NCBI GenBank assembly: GCA_004022145.1
Contig: RCNU01000013.1
Direction: 5' to 3' (one strand)
Source of the DNA: Paecilomyces variotii
Taxonomy: Eukaryota
Length of the DNA stretch: 64,000 nucleotides
In this document: positions 36,074 to 50,281 of the stretch, piece by piece
Position numbering within the stretch: the stretch's first letter is position 1
Layout: the number at the start of each line of letters is the position of its first letter
Translations under genes and position numbers: made by a program
Notes under the pieces: generated by a model
Databases searched by the model: none
Told to the model about the DNA's origin: nothing
Seen by the model: the letters and a program-made list of their open reading frames with translations, nothing else

Positions 36074-38385
36074 TTATTTGTTAGCGGGAGAGTCCGGCTG
36101 CATCAGCGGGTCACGGTCCTCCTTCATCGCGGGTCGGTCACTGGCGAGCACTTCGGCCGGGTCATCTATAAGACCAGTCAGTATTACTATTCCAGCGGGG
36201 GAGTTGTGCGCAGGAAATAGATGAATATAACTTACCACTCCGCGAGTACAGCTGCAACTCAGCATCGTCAATAGCAGCCGACTTGCCGCTCTCGACGTCC
36301 TCCCGGGTGAGCGAAAGACGGCTCTTGGGCAGACCCATCGACTCGAGGTACTTGAGAGACTCGGACCATTCAAGATCCTTCCTCTTGTCGTCCCACTTGA
36401 GCTCCGCACCCATCAGGTCGATGACCTTTGGCAGGGCCTCCATGGCCGCCTGAGCGTTCAAGAAGGCCAGACGGGTTCTCCGAGCAATGACATCGACGGC
36501 GGTCTGTGCATACTCGTGGCGGACAGCGTAGCGCACCTCACCATCGACGAAGGGGTAGAGGGGCGAGATACGCTTGCCTCTTGCGGGGAAACGGTGCTCA
36601 GTGGCAGATGACAGGGCAGCCACTTGCCAGGCACGGTCTCCGTAAGATTCAACCAGGTGCTTTGCAACATCGGTTTCGAGACCGAAGTGCTGGATGAGGT
36701 TGATGAAAAGCGTCTTGGACCAGCCGTGAGCACCAATCAGGCGAACCTGGTGAGTCTGGCAGGAACCATCGAGAACAGCACCGTCGGAGACCAATCCGGC
36801 ACCTCCAACACCGCTGATGTCGGGAACATCGCGCAGCGGGCTAGGCTGAAGCTTGAATACCTTGATGGCCTCGTCTACTGCCTCCTCGGCCATCTGGCGA
36901 TAAGTGGTCCACTTACCACCGGCGCAAGTCAAGAGGCCTGACGGAGACACCGAAATCAGGTGGTTACGGACCAAACCTTCCGTGTTAGTCTTGTTGGGAT
37001 CGCGCACCAGGGGTCGAATACCGGCCCAGGCAGCCAGGACGTCAGTACGTCGCACGTTGATATCGGGGGCAAGGTAACCTCTGATCTCGGACAGAATCCA
37101 GTTGATGTCCTGCTCCGTGGGGAGGGGGTTCGGTGTGATGGCGGTGGGCTGGTCCGTCGTTCCAGCAATCGTGTTACCCTGCCAAGGGAGGAAGAAGATC
37201 ACACGGCCATCAGAAGTAGAAGGATCGATGAGACCCATATTCGAAGGGCTGTAGTAACCGGGCAGAATGACATGGACACCGGCGCTAGGAGCCACGATCT
37301 CCTTCGCGGTGGGCTCATCCATCTTGCGGATGGAGTCACTGAAGGGACCAGTGGCGTTGATGATACCTTTGGCCTTGATAGTGAACTCCTCGGGTGCCTG
37401 GCCGTTCTTCTCACGGATGCAATCCTTCACGCGAGCACCGTTGAGCCTACCATCCGGACCCTTCTCAAGGCCAGTCACTTCCATGTGGTTGACGACCGTA
37501 CCACCGTACAGGGCAGCGGTCATTGCGAGGGAGACGTTCATGCGGGAGTCGTTGTGAGCACCATCTAGTCTTTTATTAACCCCCGGTCAAGTCTAGATAG
37601 ATATCAAGAGGTCTTGAGGCTGCACTCACCATAGTAGACCAGAGCTCCGAACAGGTTCTCTTTCTTCAACATAGGGAAGGCTTCCAATGCCTTACTCTTG
37701 GTCAGGAAGTAGGAACTCTCAATTCCTTCAGAACCGGCCAGGAAATCGTAGAACTTGGTGCCCGCCCAGAAGTACGGAGCTTGCCACCACTTCTGCACAG
37801 GGACCATGATAGGAAGCCATGAGGACAGATGGGGAGCGGTGTTCAGGAAGTATTTCCGCTCCCGAAGGGCCTCCACGACGAGTTTATACCTGCGGATCTA
37901 CCGTCAGACAAAAGGGAGACCGGAGTCTCTCAAAGGGAAACCAAAGCTTACTGGTTGTAATCCAACTCCCACACGGCCTTCTCAAGATATCGGACACCGC
38001 CGTGGACCAGCTTCGTACTCTTACTACTCGTACCGGAACTGAAGTCATCCCGTTCGACAATGGCGACCTTCAGACCTCGCGTGGCCGCATCCAGCGCAAT
38101 TCCCGATCCCGTGGCGCCCGCGCCAATGACCAGAAGATCGTACTCTTGCTCCTTTGTGGAGCTCTTCTTCAGATCTGCGATCTGCTCATCTCGACTCTTG
38201 ATCCGGGGAAAGTTCGGGGGCAGGAGCTTTCCTTCACTGTATCCGGGAGGGGGGACCGCAGGGGCTTCCAAGCCGGGAATATTACGGGGTCTGTAGGAGA
38301 TATAAAGTACACCAGCTCCGGCCGCGGCAGCAGCGGAGGTGTAGAGAAGGGGCCGTAGAAGCTTGCGGGAGTGTCGAGCGGCCAT
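36074..38385 (-). CDS. GUT2: Mitochondrial FAD-dependent glycerol-3-phosphate dehydrogenase, 4 exons
   Basis: [78 protein letters not shown]; three canonical introns. Confidence 0.97.
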
Positions 38386-39272
38386 TCCGGCAAGGTGGTC
38401 GCTGGCTGACGATTGTACTGATTAAGGGAGAGGAGGAGATAGGTTGCGGCGTATATAGTTGTTGTTATATAGCCGTCTGGATTATCGGACGGGAGCTAGC
38501 ACCCACTTGACAGATTACTGAACAAGCAATTGTCCTGGGAAAAGCAGCAACGGCGTCAACAACAAAGACCCTCGCAAATGTACAATGGCTGTGAGATAAG
38601 AATGTGATCGGGACGGGACGGAGGGGAGAGAGGGCCCGAAGGAGTCAAGAGGAGAGGAGAGGAGAGAAGAGCTGGGAAGAGGAAGAGTTTGACGGAGAGG
38701 AGTGATGAGGTCAAATACAGGAAATGAAGAAAAGAGAAAAGAAAAGAAAACGAACAGCTAGTGATCTCGATGGTCGCGCAGGGGGAGAGGGAGGCAAGGC
38801 AGAGAGTTGTATGGTACGGCGTAGTGGAGACGCGATGATGATGCTGTCCAAGGCTAGACTGCGGATGGGTACCTGCTTCCCCAGCAAAGCTACGCGGAGA
38901 CCGGAGGTACCTCTGGGCGCTGCGCTCTCGACTTGCAACAGTCGCCAAAGCCTGGCAGCGCGACCGGCAGACCTTCCGTCACGGGGAGAGATGACGGCGT
39001 AGGGTCTGCTTTCCCCGCCAATCAGCGACTCGGCTCGGCGGGCGTGGAGACGCAAAGGTCAAGATCTTCGCCTAACTGGGCCGTACATGTGACCCTGAAA
39101 AAAACTAACAGGAACAAAGACGAACGCGTTGTGTTGCTCCACCAGGGATTCCTGCCAAGATCAGGAAGAGATCAGGAAAGGAACATGATGTGATGTGATG
39201 TTTCTTTTTTGAATTCTTCTTCTTCTTCTTTTTCCTGTTGGAGATGGGGGATTTTTTTTCATCTGGCCTGTG

Positions 39273-39280
39273 TGACGTCA
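39273..39280. promoter_or_regulatory. CRE palindrome TGACGTCA (ATF/CREB-type bZIP site) upstream of GUT2
   Basis: Perfect TGACGTCA about 890 bp upstream of the GUT2 ATG; function is inferred. Confidence 0.35.
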
Positions 39281-42200
39281 GGAGCCAGATAGTAACTTAG
39301 TCGAGTCAGGCAGAAATTGATAGTAATTTATATCTATACAATTACAAAAATAGCAATAATCATAATAATAATAATTGCTTACTCTAGAGGTCTGACTCGC
39401 TAACTATCAAAAGGGTCACAATGGCCCAGAACAGACTATAAAATTTCAAACAGCCACGAGATCGCAGCACTGACTCTCTCTCTCCGTACTATCTCTCGCG
39501 GATGGACCGTGCTCGATTATTTCCGCACCTCTTCCCGCCAATAAGACAGGCTAGGAGACGCCGGATGCGCTCTCTTTTTGAACTGTGGATGATCTGCTGC
39601 TAGTTAGGGCAGTCTATTAATATTAATATCATAATATAGGAGTATTTCTTATCGTTCTAGTGATATGCAGCGTAGATTCTATTTTATCCATCTTATTCTA
39701 GCCCGTTGATCGGACACGCGACACGAGAGCTGCGAGCATATGCGAGCGACAGCTGGCCTTATTATTTCCAGCCCCCTCCCTTTTCCCCTTTCTTTCTTCC
39801 CTTTCTTTCGTTCCCTTTCTAGGATTTACATGGTTTATTGCAGATCTAACAATCTCTGCAGAAAGTGGGTTTTTATTCATCTTGTCCTAATACTCCTGGT
39901 GCTGCTTGGGCAGAAATCGAAGAAAAGAGAAGAATGCCGGGGAAATGAACGCAGGCCCATTGTTGCGCTGGTTCTAAGGCCTCAATCAATTGATGGGATT
40001 TCTCAAATACGATAGATAGCTCTAAATCGAAACGGGGAAAGGCAGGTAGGAGCCCTGATGCGGATACGGTTACCGGTTTCCGGCCGTGCCGAGAAGGTGG
40101 GTTCTCCATGTCTTCGGGACAGTGACGAGCTTTACCATATATTTAAAAACTATATCACGGCAGACAATCCCATTGTGGTTGTAATTTATCTAGCTATAAA
40201 TCCCTCTGCGAACAGCATTATTGCTGCTTCTTCTGACGAGAAGGCTGCCTTTCTGTTAAAACTAGCCAACTAACCAACTAACCGAATGAACCTCACCTTC
40301 CTGCTAATAAACCTTTCCCGTATATAAATTTATCCCAATCTACGCTCAAAAAACAAATCATAATCCTATTCACTTTTTATAGCAGCGATTTACTATATTA
40401 GTCAATACCCGAATTTATGCTCCTAGAGTTACTAGGAATCTTGCGGCCAAAGCCATAGGATCCCTGGTTATTATTATACCACCCTCCCTTGGATATTCCG
40501 CTAAGAGAGTCTGCTTGCTCTATCCTCTCCATACGCTATTGCAGACCTAAGCAGTACGACCTAGGGAGCATCGACTCGCAAGAAAGTGAAAAGATAAAGC
40601 ATTCAAGAGGTCAGGTCAGGATCGAAATAGAAAACTAAGAGGGTGCTATATAGCACCATTTATTTTATATCTACTGTCTCCTTGGCCTGAGAGTATCAGT
40701 CAGAGGAGAAGAAAAAGAATGGAAGGGGAAACCACACGCATCTTTAAAGTATTTATTCAGTTTCGCTTCCTAACGGCAACGAGGATACTATAGGAACCTA
40801 CTATAGTACTCTACATGCCGACGAATAGCTATTAAACTCTTTCTCTCCCCCCCCACGGAACCTTGGGACTGATTACGTAGCGTACTATGTATGCAGAATG
40901 CTCTTTTTTTGATTAACTTCTATTTCTATTTCCCACTGAGCTGGCTGTTAACGGCCCTCCTGCATGTCTGGCACCGTTGCTGCTAACTACTACTGGCGCG
41001 AATAAGAAACTCTAACTACTGTTATTATTATTGACTAACGGTCAAGGATAACACCTACCTATGGTATGGTAAGCTAGTAGTAGACCAGACCGGGACGGCC
41101 CGTGCAAAATGAAACAGAAAAAAAAAAGAAAAATATGATACCTGCCTGGTCTGGGAGGCAAGGGGGTGATTAGTGTAGTGTAGTATGGTGTGGTACGGTT
41201 GGGTTGGATTTAGGTAGGAGTCAGGACTGACCCATCTTCGTTGAATATGTGTCTTAGGTAGTTTTTAGTCTTTTTGTCTTTGGCTTCTTAGTTAGAAAAC
41301 CATTCTCGGAATGAGAAGAATTCATCGTCAGAAAAAAAAAAAAATGATTGGATCCTCTGTACAATAACATATGCATGTTTGAAACCGTCATTTGGAGACG
41401 GGGTCTCGAGTCTCTTTCTTCTTCTTCTGATACTGACTGGTACTGTATGGCGCCTGTCGGTGCTTGTGCCTGTCTGATATCCAAGAAGCAGAGAGAGGAG
41501 AGGAGAGAGCCACGTAGGAGTAGGAAGTTAACTAACTAGCGGCATGCGAATCGACTCGAATCGAATCGACTTCAACTCCGGAGCAGAGATTTTTTTTTTC
41601 TTACTCTTACTCATACTCTAGATTCGAATGGACGTTTACTCTTGATACTTCTACCCTATCGCGACGTTGAAAGTGGGGACGGAAAGAAAGATTCAGTTCC
41701 ATGCGTTCCGGAACGTTCGGGGTTTGCGGATCGATGAATAGCATTGCTATGTGCAATGGCCGCATGGCGTCCAGTATCTAAGGTTTAGGAGTAGTACATA
41801 GTATACGTATGTATATATACAGTACGTAGTAGTATGGTATACGGTATAAACTATGTACATATTTTATTCGCAATCAGGACCCGATGTGGGGGTGAGGGGA
41901 GAATAAGATGAACCCTGTACCCACCCATTTTTTTTTACCCCAGCATTAACTAACTAACTAACTATAGTGTAACTGGGTAGGTAGGTGTCAATCGTCGTCG
42001 TCAGAGGCGGCTGCCAAGATTGTGTTTGTCCAGTGAGTTAGTTGTTGCTCAGTTTGTGATTACGTCTCATATAACTGTCTGGAAGGTCGATCGAGAAGAG
42101 CATTAGCTTGTAACTGTGATGGATGGGATAGATGCCAGTTGTGTAGTCTACTACTACTACTGTAGAGATGCGTACGGGGTGTTGAAAAATGGATTAGAAG

Positions 42201-42688
42201 TCTTTGGATCAGATTGGAGTCAAGATTTGGGAGAGCAGTATCAGAGAGAGAGAGATTTTTCTCAGTCCATCAAGATCGTACATATTGAAGAATCAAGTTT
42301 TCCTTTTCTTTCCTTTTTCCTTCCTCTTCCGCCTGTTGATAGATGCAATGCAGGAAAAAAAAAGTAGAGATGCAAGAAAAGAGAGTAGCCTCTTTTTCCC
42401 TTTTTTTTAATACACAAGATCGAACGGGAAACAGGTAGGGGTATATTAAATCGGAAATGATGATATGGGGGATTGTCCGGACAAGATGCATCAAAATCAC
42501 ACAGCACAATTTGAGTATCCTATCCTAAAACCAGATGAGAAAAAAAAAGCGCGTAACGCCGCCAGGGCACCAATGTTTGTCGTGGGGTATGTTTTATCGT
42601 AATCGTCGCCTGAAAGAGGGCTGCTGCGGTCACCGACGACCCTCAGGTGGCCGATGACCATGGGTCATTCAAGGGAAGAGGAGATCGC

Positions 42689-43156
42689 TCAAGATATCGC
42701 TAGTCGTCTTCTCCAGTCGCGTACGTGGTCGAAGCAACTGGCGTAATCACAGAGTTCGTTCCACACTTGATCAGAGACCGTCGTTGAGCGGGAGGAATTG
42801 CTTTGGAGCGATGTTAAGGATGTTTCAGATGATGAGGGAGACAGGGTCCGCGTGGGCTGTGAGAGACCAGAGGCGCTGTCGACCAGCTGGTAGCGAAGAG
42901 ATGTAGATGACTTCTCGACCGATCCCGTCGTTTCTGGAGACCGGCCTGTCGATGTGTTTGTGGGATATAACTTCGACCCGACGGTGTGTTCTCTTGATGG
43001 CGTCTGTTTGCTGTTCATTGTTTGGGATGACAAGCTAGAACCCGTCGAAAAGCCATCCAGCTCGGCCAGTCTGCAGGCCTGGGAGCAGTATGCTCCGCCG
43101 CAGGTCTGTCGGTCACAGACCAGACAGAAGTCCAGTGACCATTCCATGTTTTGCAT
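42689..43156 (-). CDS. ECL1: Ecl1/2/3-family (extender of chronological lifespan) protein; start at 43156 or 43147
   Basis: MEWSLDFCLVCDRQTCGGAYCSQACRLAE (CxxC...YCSxxC); LSPSSSETSLTSL; C-terminal ELCDYASCFDHVRDWRRR. Confidence 0.85.
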   Translation of the reverse strand: MQNMEWSLDFCLVCDRQTCGGAYCSQACRLAELDGFSTGSSLSSQTMNSKQTPSREHTVGSKLYPTNTSTGRSPETTGSVEKSSTSLRYQLVDSASGLSQPTRTLSPSSSETSLTSLQSNSSRSTTVSDQVWNELCDYASCFDHVRDWRRRLAIS

Positions 43157-46100
43157 ATGTAGTCGTGAGAGCCGCTCCAGGATTTCTCCAAGCAGAGGGA
43201 ATCAATGAAAAATGGTATTTTTTTTTTTTAAATAAATAAAAAAGAGAACGAGATCGAAATGATCGAGAGTATAGAAGGTAGCAAGCTTTCTTGGGTTGTT
43301 GGGCGCTGCCTTCGGGTAGAGTGATGAGATGTAGCAGACGAGAGGAAGACGAGAATTCAAGGACGGGAATAGAGATCTAAATCGCTAAGAAGGGTCGAGT
43401 TGGATGGAATAATTGGTAATATTATAGGTAGGATTGAAAGACTGGAAGAAGAATAATATGATCTGACTAGAGTATGGTATGGGTACGTCCCGAAGGCAAA
43501 AAAAGCAAGATCACCTCATCGCTTCGACTGTTGTCGTTATATTAATAGGATTCCTGTCCCCGATCACCTGAGAACGACGGTGGAGGGTGCCAGAGAAAAC
43601 CTTTTGAATGACAAGAATAGTCGAGCAGATGATGTGAGCAGAAACTTAACTAGATATAACTACTCTCGAGTCATCCGAATAAGTGGGCGGGGAGTGAACG
43701 GCTTCAAGTAGTAAAAGAATGGCTAGTTAGTTAGGTAGTTAAGCTAGCTAGCTTTTTGCGCCCAGCGGACCCCAGGCAGAGATCTGCTTCTTCTTTTTTT
43801 TTTCTTCTGTCTCTCTCTCTCTCTCTGTCTCCACCGTGCGCCCGGCCCTGACAGAATAACAGCATATTTCTCGGTGGCTTTGGGGATGGGGGAGAGGCAG
43901 GAATTATTGGCTGCATGAGACGATGCAGTCAGTTCGCAGCCTGGAGGAGTTTCCTTAGCGTGGGCGAAAAGAGGGGCAGGGGAGAGGAGTGCATCTCGGT
44001 TGGTGGAGAGTCGCATTGGCTTCGTATCCACGAGGGGGGCCTGTTATGTCTAGTGCTCTCGATCGTCAACGATGTGCTGCCCTCGCCACTGTCATTTTCT
44101 TATTTTATTTCATAGGAATTGTCTATGGAGTGAGTCAATTGCTGAGCTTGTCAGAGAAGACCACATATCCGGTCGAGTGGTTCCTGCTGTGCAGCATGTA
44201 TGTATGTACTCAGTAAATATGACTGTCCACACAGACTGGAACACGCCGGTCCGTTCGTCAGAGAGAGGGCCAGTGGATGAGGTGCTAGCTACAGGCGATT
44301 GCATTATTATTATTCAGATATTCATCTCTGTGCATCCACGTAGTACACCAGAGGTCCAGAGACAACTACTACTAACTAACTAGCTATCCTTCTTTCTTTC
44401 TTTTCTTCGATTCGGCATGCGATCCGGACTGCACTCTGCGTATGGTATGTATTAATTACTCTGCTCAACTCCAGACTACCTAACTAGCACCCGTGCACGT
44501 TCCGCTTGCGTGCTGCTGAGCAGGACCCGATGCAGCAGGCCCGATCAGGCAAAAGAAAAGATTGCCTCCATCGTCCAGGCTGCGTGGATTATCCTGTCCA
44601 CTATCTACTACTACTACTGTCCACTGTCCACTGTCCTCCAAGGCCCCGGCAGACATGCATTCCGGCACGATTTAGCGGGATATGCACGACGGAGACCAGT
44701 GGCTAGCGGCCTGAGATTGCAGGCCCAACCTGGATCAACCTTTGGACAGACTCCAGAGGAAACCCTGTGGTTCGGTCGCGTGAGAGAGAGCTGGTGAGAC
44801 AGCTGGGCTCCATGGTTGGCCGTCCTGGATTCTCTAACACCCTCAGCGAGCGAATTTCCCCCTGACCAGCCCGTGCGGTGACGATTGGCGAGGCATGACA
44901 CTAGGTATGCGCCGTCCATCCGATTCGAAGAATGGCTCGAGCTGATCGACGATGGGATGGTGTCGGGTAAGCATCTTATCATCTCGCTTACTGCTGCTGC
45001 TGCTGCTATCTCCTCGACACTACGGTATTGGTACCTACAGGAGAATTGCCGATTGACAGTGCTCTACGGAGTTCCGTATCTGTGCAGTGTGTACGGAGTA
45101 CTCCGTACTACATACTATCTAACTACTCTAGTTCTCTGCCTCCAACTAATAATACATAAAGAACTACCTAGGTACCTACCTAACTAACTAACTAGCATCT
45201 CTGACACTATCTAGGGTAGATAGTTACATACTTAATTATCCGCTGATGTCGTTCCGGAACTTCAACTTCCAGATAAACGGTGGTCCACCCGCGCAGATCA
45301 AGCTGCTACATACTTATCTAGAGCGCAAAATGGGTGTACCGATAACAGTACCATACGAAGATAATTATTACCTCGAGGTCACGCCTTTCTCTTTCTCTGG
45401 TGGCGTCAGGTCTCTACACACACACACACACACACATTATCTATCACTTCTTCTTCTTCTGTGGTGGACCTCAATGCCCATACTTGTTCCATATTTATCG
45501 TATCCACAGACAGATGGTTATTACAGCCTTAAATAGTTACTCCAGAGTTACTTGACAAATAGAAAACCTTATACTACTACTACAATAGATAACGATCAAT
45601 CCGCTGGCTTCTTTTCTAATCTAGATAGCGATGGGAGAGAGTGAGTCTAAAATGGTACGGTGGCTCCGCGGTATTCTTCTTATCGCGATATGTATTATTC
45701 CCAACCGGTTATCACGGCAGAACTTCTTTCTGCCATCCATTATTATTTCCTCGCTCGCGACCAAGCCCTACATCATCAAGTCAAGTCACAGGGTACAGTA
45801 GATAAATACTACTACTACCGACTGACTAACTGTGGAATCCCTGGATTCAATAATTCCCGATAGCGCTCAGTTTTCCTTTGTCGCCTATGGTACATTGTTA
45901 TTATTGTAGTTATGTTAGACATAAGATTCGCGCATAAGATAGTTAATGGTCGTCTACTGTAGGAGGTTGAACTACCTACCTAGGTAGACAATATGCAATC
46001 AGATAAATTACCTTACCCCGCCTCGGTTCGATCGGGTTCCTCTAGTGTGATATTCGTAGGTTGAGCTAGAGTATGGTGCTGGTCTTACCCGTTTTCTTAC

Positions 46101-46829
46101 CCGGTTGTCGTGATGAATCCGATTGTATCTACTGTAAGTATATATTTGAATGGTGGGAGGGACGCTGCGCCAGCGGCTTTCCGGCCGTTTGAAAGCACGG
46201 CTGGTATTGAGGTGAGCCACTCTCCATACTACCATAGCGATCATCCGCGACCAGAATCGACCCAATCATATGATGTCCCCATGAACTACATTTCGTGGTC
46301 ACGATATATACGATATGCTTCTCATACGGTAAACTATGGATACCGAAAGAGGGGTCCCTTCAACGTCTCATCCAGATCTATCCTTACCCTGGGAGGAATG
46401 AGAACGGGTTTAATTTTCTTCAGCGTAGTGCTGCGAATCCAGTATTTTGATATACACATCAGTCCATCCAAATAAGGGAGAAGCACTCTGAATATTATAT
46501 CATGAAATCAAAAGCATCGTCACGTCATGGTCGGCTTCCGCAGAGCCGTGTAAAGTACATAGAACCCGCTGTTGCATGGTGGTATGTCTTCGTTGCCGGT
46601 CCTCTTGCCGGCCTGTGTACACACTCTGGATATGCCACTGTTTCCCCGAGTGACCAAAGGAAGCATCTCCAGCACGATGAGGCGTGTGAGTACGTCGCCG
46701 GAAAGACGGGGGTATCCATCGTCCGATGACCTTTACAAGTCCGATCATAGATCACTCAGCCGGCGCATTCTCCAGGGACGGAATATTTAAGGTGGTGGAT
46801 GCATGTACAGGGATATGACCCCATGTCCC

Positions 46830-47390
46830 TTATTTCTTGTCTGACTGCTCCGCAGGAATCCGAACTAGAGTCGCTGGTAAAGGAGCACCGGCCCACTCGG
46901 AGTCTTCCATCTCCGCATGTGACTTTTCGTCCGTGGTATCTTTCGGTTGAGCTATTTTGGCTGGAAGGGCATTCAACAGTTAGTTACAAGATCAAAGCAA
47001 CTACGGACGTCATAACTCGAGGCTGAACGATAGTCATCCGTAAGAGAGCAGGCTATGGGAACTCACCAGATGCCATGCTTATAGCCCGCAAAACATTACC
47101 CCAGTTTGCGAGAACGCAGGCGACAGCTGAAGGCATATCAGTATACATGGCCCAAGAATGTCAAGAGATAGCCAACCTTCAGTTCCGTCCTTTAATGTGC
47201 TCAGCTTTTCCTCTAATGCCTGCATCTGAGATGCGAGGACTCCGCTGAGATCGCGCAGCTCCTTCAAGTTATCCAATTCTGCCTTTTTTGACGCTATCCG
47301 TACTGCAAGAGCTGAAGACTGCTGGGCGACTGGGTAGCTGCTCTGCCGCCCTGCTGGGAACATAGACGCTGGTCTTGGAGCCTGCGCCAT
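46830..47390 (-). CDS. DAD2: DASH/Dam1 complex subunit Dad2, 3 exons
   Basis: RIASKKAELDNLKELRDLSGVLASQMQALEEKLSTLKDGTE/AVACVLANWGNVLRAISMAS/AKIAQP...PLPATLVRIP. Confidence 0.93.
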
Positions 47391-47489
47391 GTGTGGAAAG
47401 GATCCGAAAGAATTGCAGGATAGAAGAAAACCGAAGATGGCCTCTGAGCAGTGGAGAATAGCGGACTGCGATCTGTCGATGTCGAGTCC

Positions 47490-47501
47490 TCGACGCGTCG
47501 A
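47490..47501. promoter_or_regulatory. MCB-like element ACGCGT within the 12-bp palindrome TCGACGCGTCGA in the DAD2-SGO1 divergent promoter
   Basis: Sequence match lying between two chromosome-segregation genes. Confidence 0.4.
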
Positions 47502-48024
47502 AGGAGGTGGACGCTTCCTTGCGATCAGTCTGGCGGTATCACTGTCTGTATAGGAAGCTCAGATCAAGATATTAGTGCTCTCATATCGTGTTCTATATGA
47601 ACGCCACGGTCCTTCATCGAGTCTAACTGTCACCGTAGCGGGGATGAGGCCGATAATCATCAAGATAGACGGTTTTCTGCCGAGCGGTGACGTCCCACGC
47701 TAATCTGGGAAAGGCCGACAGCCATGTGAGGGGCGCTAAACCAAACACGGTGAAATGTCAACAAGCTTGCAATCCTGTCCGCCCCGTTCCTAAACATTGA
47801 GTGTATCTTAGATATCTCTACCAAACTATCTCTCGTGGGACCGGTCAACTTTATCGGCTTTCTGACAGGTCCAGTTCCTCGATGAGCTTTCTTCAAAAAG
47901 GCCTGCACGAAGAGTTCAACTCAAAGATAACCATAACGAGCACCAGGCTCTTTGTTTACTTACTCACTTTTGGATCACTGGTCTTTCTTTGCTGGACTGA
48001 ACTTCATCCCCACGAGGCCATATC

Positions 48025-50281
48025 ATGGCTCGCCTAAATGATCTGGCTCCGCCCGCGGAATCAATCGAAGCTCGTGAGTTCTATCCTCGGTCGTCGACAA
48101 AGAGCCATCAACCTTCCTGTTATTAACTATACTCCAGTGAAGAGACGCTTCATCAGGCAGAACCGGGAACTTGCAAGAGCCAACTCAATCCAGTCGCTGC
48201 GTATTCAGGCACTAGAATCAGAAATATCACGGCTGCTCTGTCAGAATACGTCCCTGCATTCACAGGTCATATCGCTGAACCATGAGATCGAGAGATACGA
48301 GTCGGCAAAGGCTTTGAATGATGGCGTCCACAATCTGAAGGCAAGGCTAGACTCTAAGCTGGCAGAACTCGGCAATCTGGTCGCCGAGCTAGGAGCGTTG
48401 CCGCGTAAAGTGAACAGGAAGACCGTGTCTGAGGCGGCGGCTTCGGGAGTTGATGAGGAAAGGCAATCACACATAAATTATCGACGGGAAGAGCTTGGAC
48501 CGGAAGCTATCGCAGGCTTCGATGATGGGCGACTTCCTGTCATACTCGAGGATAAATATTACCCCAGGAAGACCTTGGAGTGAGTCGTCTTGCTTCCTGT
48601 TCAATCGTGGTCCAGTCTAACCTTGATTTGCAGGCCGAGAGAACTGGAGGACATGGAAAATGATGTGCCAGGTTCTCCGGAATTAGGCCCTCCACCCGTC
48701 GCACATTTGGACCCCGAAGACAGTCCCACTCGTGAAGAATGGACGGAACCCTTCGAATACGTCAAACAAACATACACAGAACCCGAGGACGACTACAAGG
48801 GCTCTCTCTATAGCCAGCAGCCTAGGAAAAGGGGGAGACCTCGTCTACTGTCGGCACCTATCAAGGGTGACAAGGGAAGACCGGACCCCAGTGTGCCGTT
48901 GGAAGAATCTAAGTCTGGTGTGAAATCAGGGCACAAACGAAAATTCGATGCCGATGAGGAGGATGAAAGCCACTCGTTGGATGTGACCGAGCTTGAAGAC
49001 GACTTTAAATTTAACCGGACAGATCGTGCTTCAGATAAGGTACTGGGGCATCCAGCTGCGCAATCCCCACAGCCAGATGTCGGACAAGAAGAGACTCCTC
49101 GAGACTTGAAGGACCAAGTAAGGATCAGACGCAAAGTGCTAGAGCCAAGTAGGTCAAAGATCACATCATATTTCTGGCTGGTGCTGACCTTTCCCCTAGA
49201 AAGCACCAATATGAACAATACATCTCCTAAAAAGCAACGCGCCTCAGAGAATAAGAAAAACCGTGTACCAGAAGACGGTAGGAAAACGACTCGGGCTGAT
49301 TCTTTGGCCAAACCACGGCAAATAAAGCAGGAGGATGAAAACTCCATATCAGAGCGCTATGCATTTCACAAAGGAAAGAGCGGTAAAGCAGACATCGACA
49401 TGAACGAGAAAGCCGAGGCCACCTCACATACACCAGCAAAATTCGTCTCACCACAACTCCAGAGTGTCTCTGCAACTACCCCGAGTGAATTGGGAGGCTC
49501 CGCGCGACCAGCTAGACGCCCTCGAAACGTCGTGAGTTATGTGGAACCCAACTTGAAGGCCAAGATGAGGCGGCCAACAGAAGAACTCATTACTGCGGTT
49601 CCGGAGGATCATTCTCGAAGAACCTCCAATTCCCGGACGAGCGCTGGACGTGGTGAAGAAGGGGAAACCATCACTCCTGGGGCGGAAATGGAAGACGGAA
49701 GGAAGTCACAGACCTTGTCAACCGATAGCGTGTCCCAACTACAGGAACCGGGTTCCCCGTCACCTACTACAGAACGAGGTCAAGCAACTATTTCAGGAAA
49801 TAGAAAAGGCTCGGACCGTAGACGCCGTACCGGACGTGGAGAATCGTTAAGCACTGCAGCGGAAGATGCGCTGCAACCTGAACTAGATACCGACTCTGGC
49901 TCAGCTATGTCAACCGGAAAAGGGTCCTCGACAGTGACTCGCCAATCTCGACGACACTCTTCAAACCCAACTGGATATCATACGAAGTCTGGCCGAGATA
50001 GCTCGCCTCATCAGGACGCTGAGTATCTCACATCAACTCATTCCTCCGAGACGCGATCACACCGAGGACGGAGACGTGGAGAAAGTACGAATGAAGTGGT
50101 GGAGGATGATGACATGAAAGGCACTCGCCTTCGAGCAGATGCCAGGGGGTCTCTTGAGCCGGACGATGCAGGGTCATCCACCGCGAAAATAGCAATCAGC
50201 GCATCGAACAAGGCTTTGATGGAAGCGGAACTGCTGAGACGCGGAAGAGTTTCGGCTAGAAGACGAAGCATGATGTTCTGA
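48025..50281 (+). CDS. SGO1: Shugoshin, 4 exons
   Basis: MARLND...ESIEAL/KRRFIRQNRELARANSIQSLRIQALESEISRLL (Sgo N-terminal coiled coil); RPARRPRNVVSYVEPNLKAKMRRP (SGO motif); C-terminal RRRSMMF. Confidence 0.94.

Noticed and set aside
36506-38358. Long + strand ORFs over GUT2 (likewise over CRM1, RRN6, and the opposite strand of CDC10)
   Set aside because: Antisense shadows of codon-biased genes.
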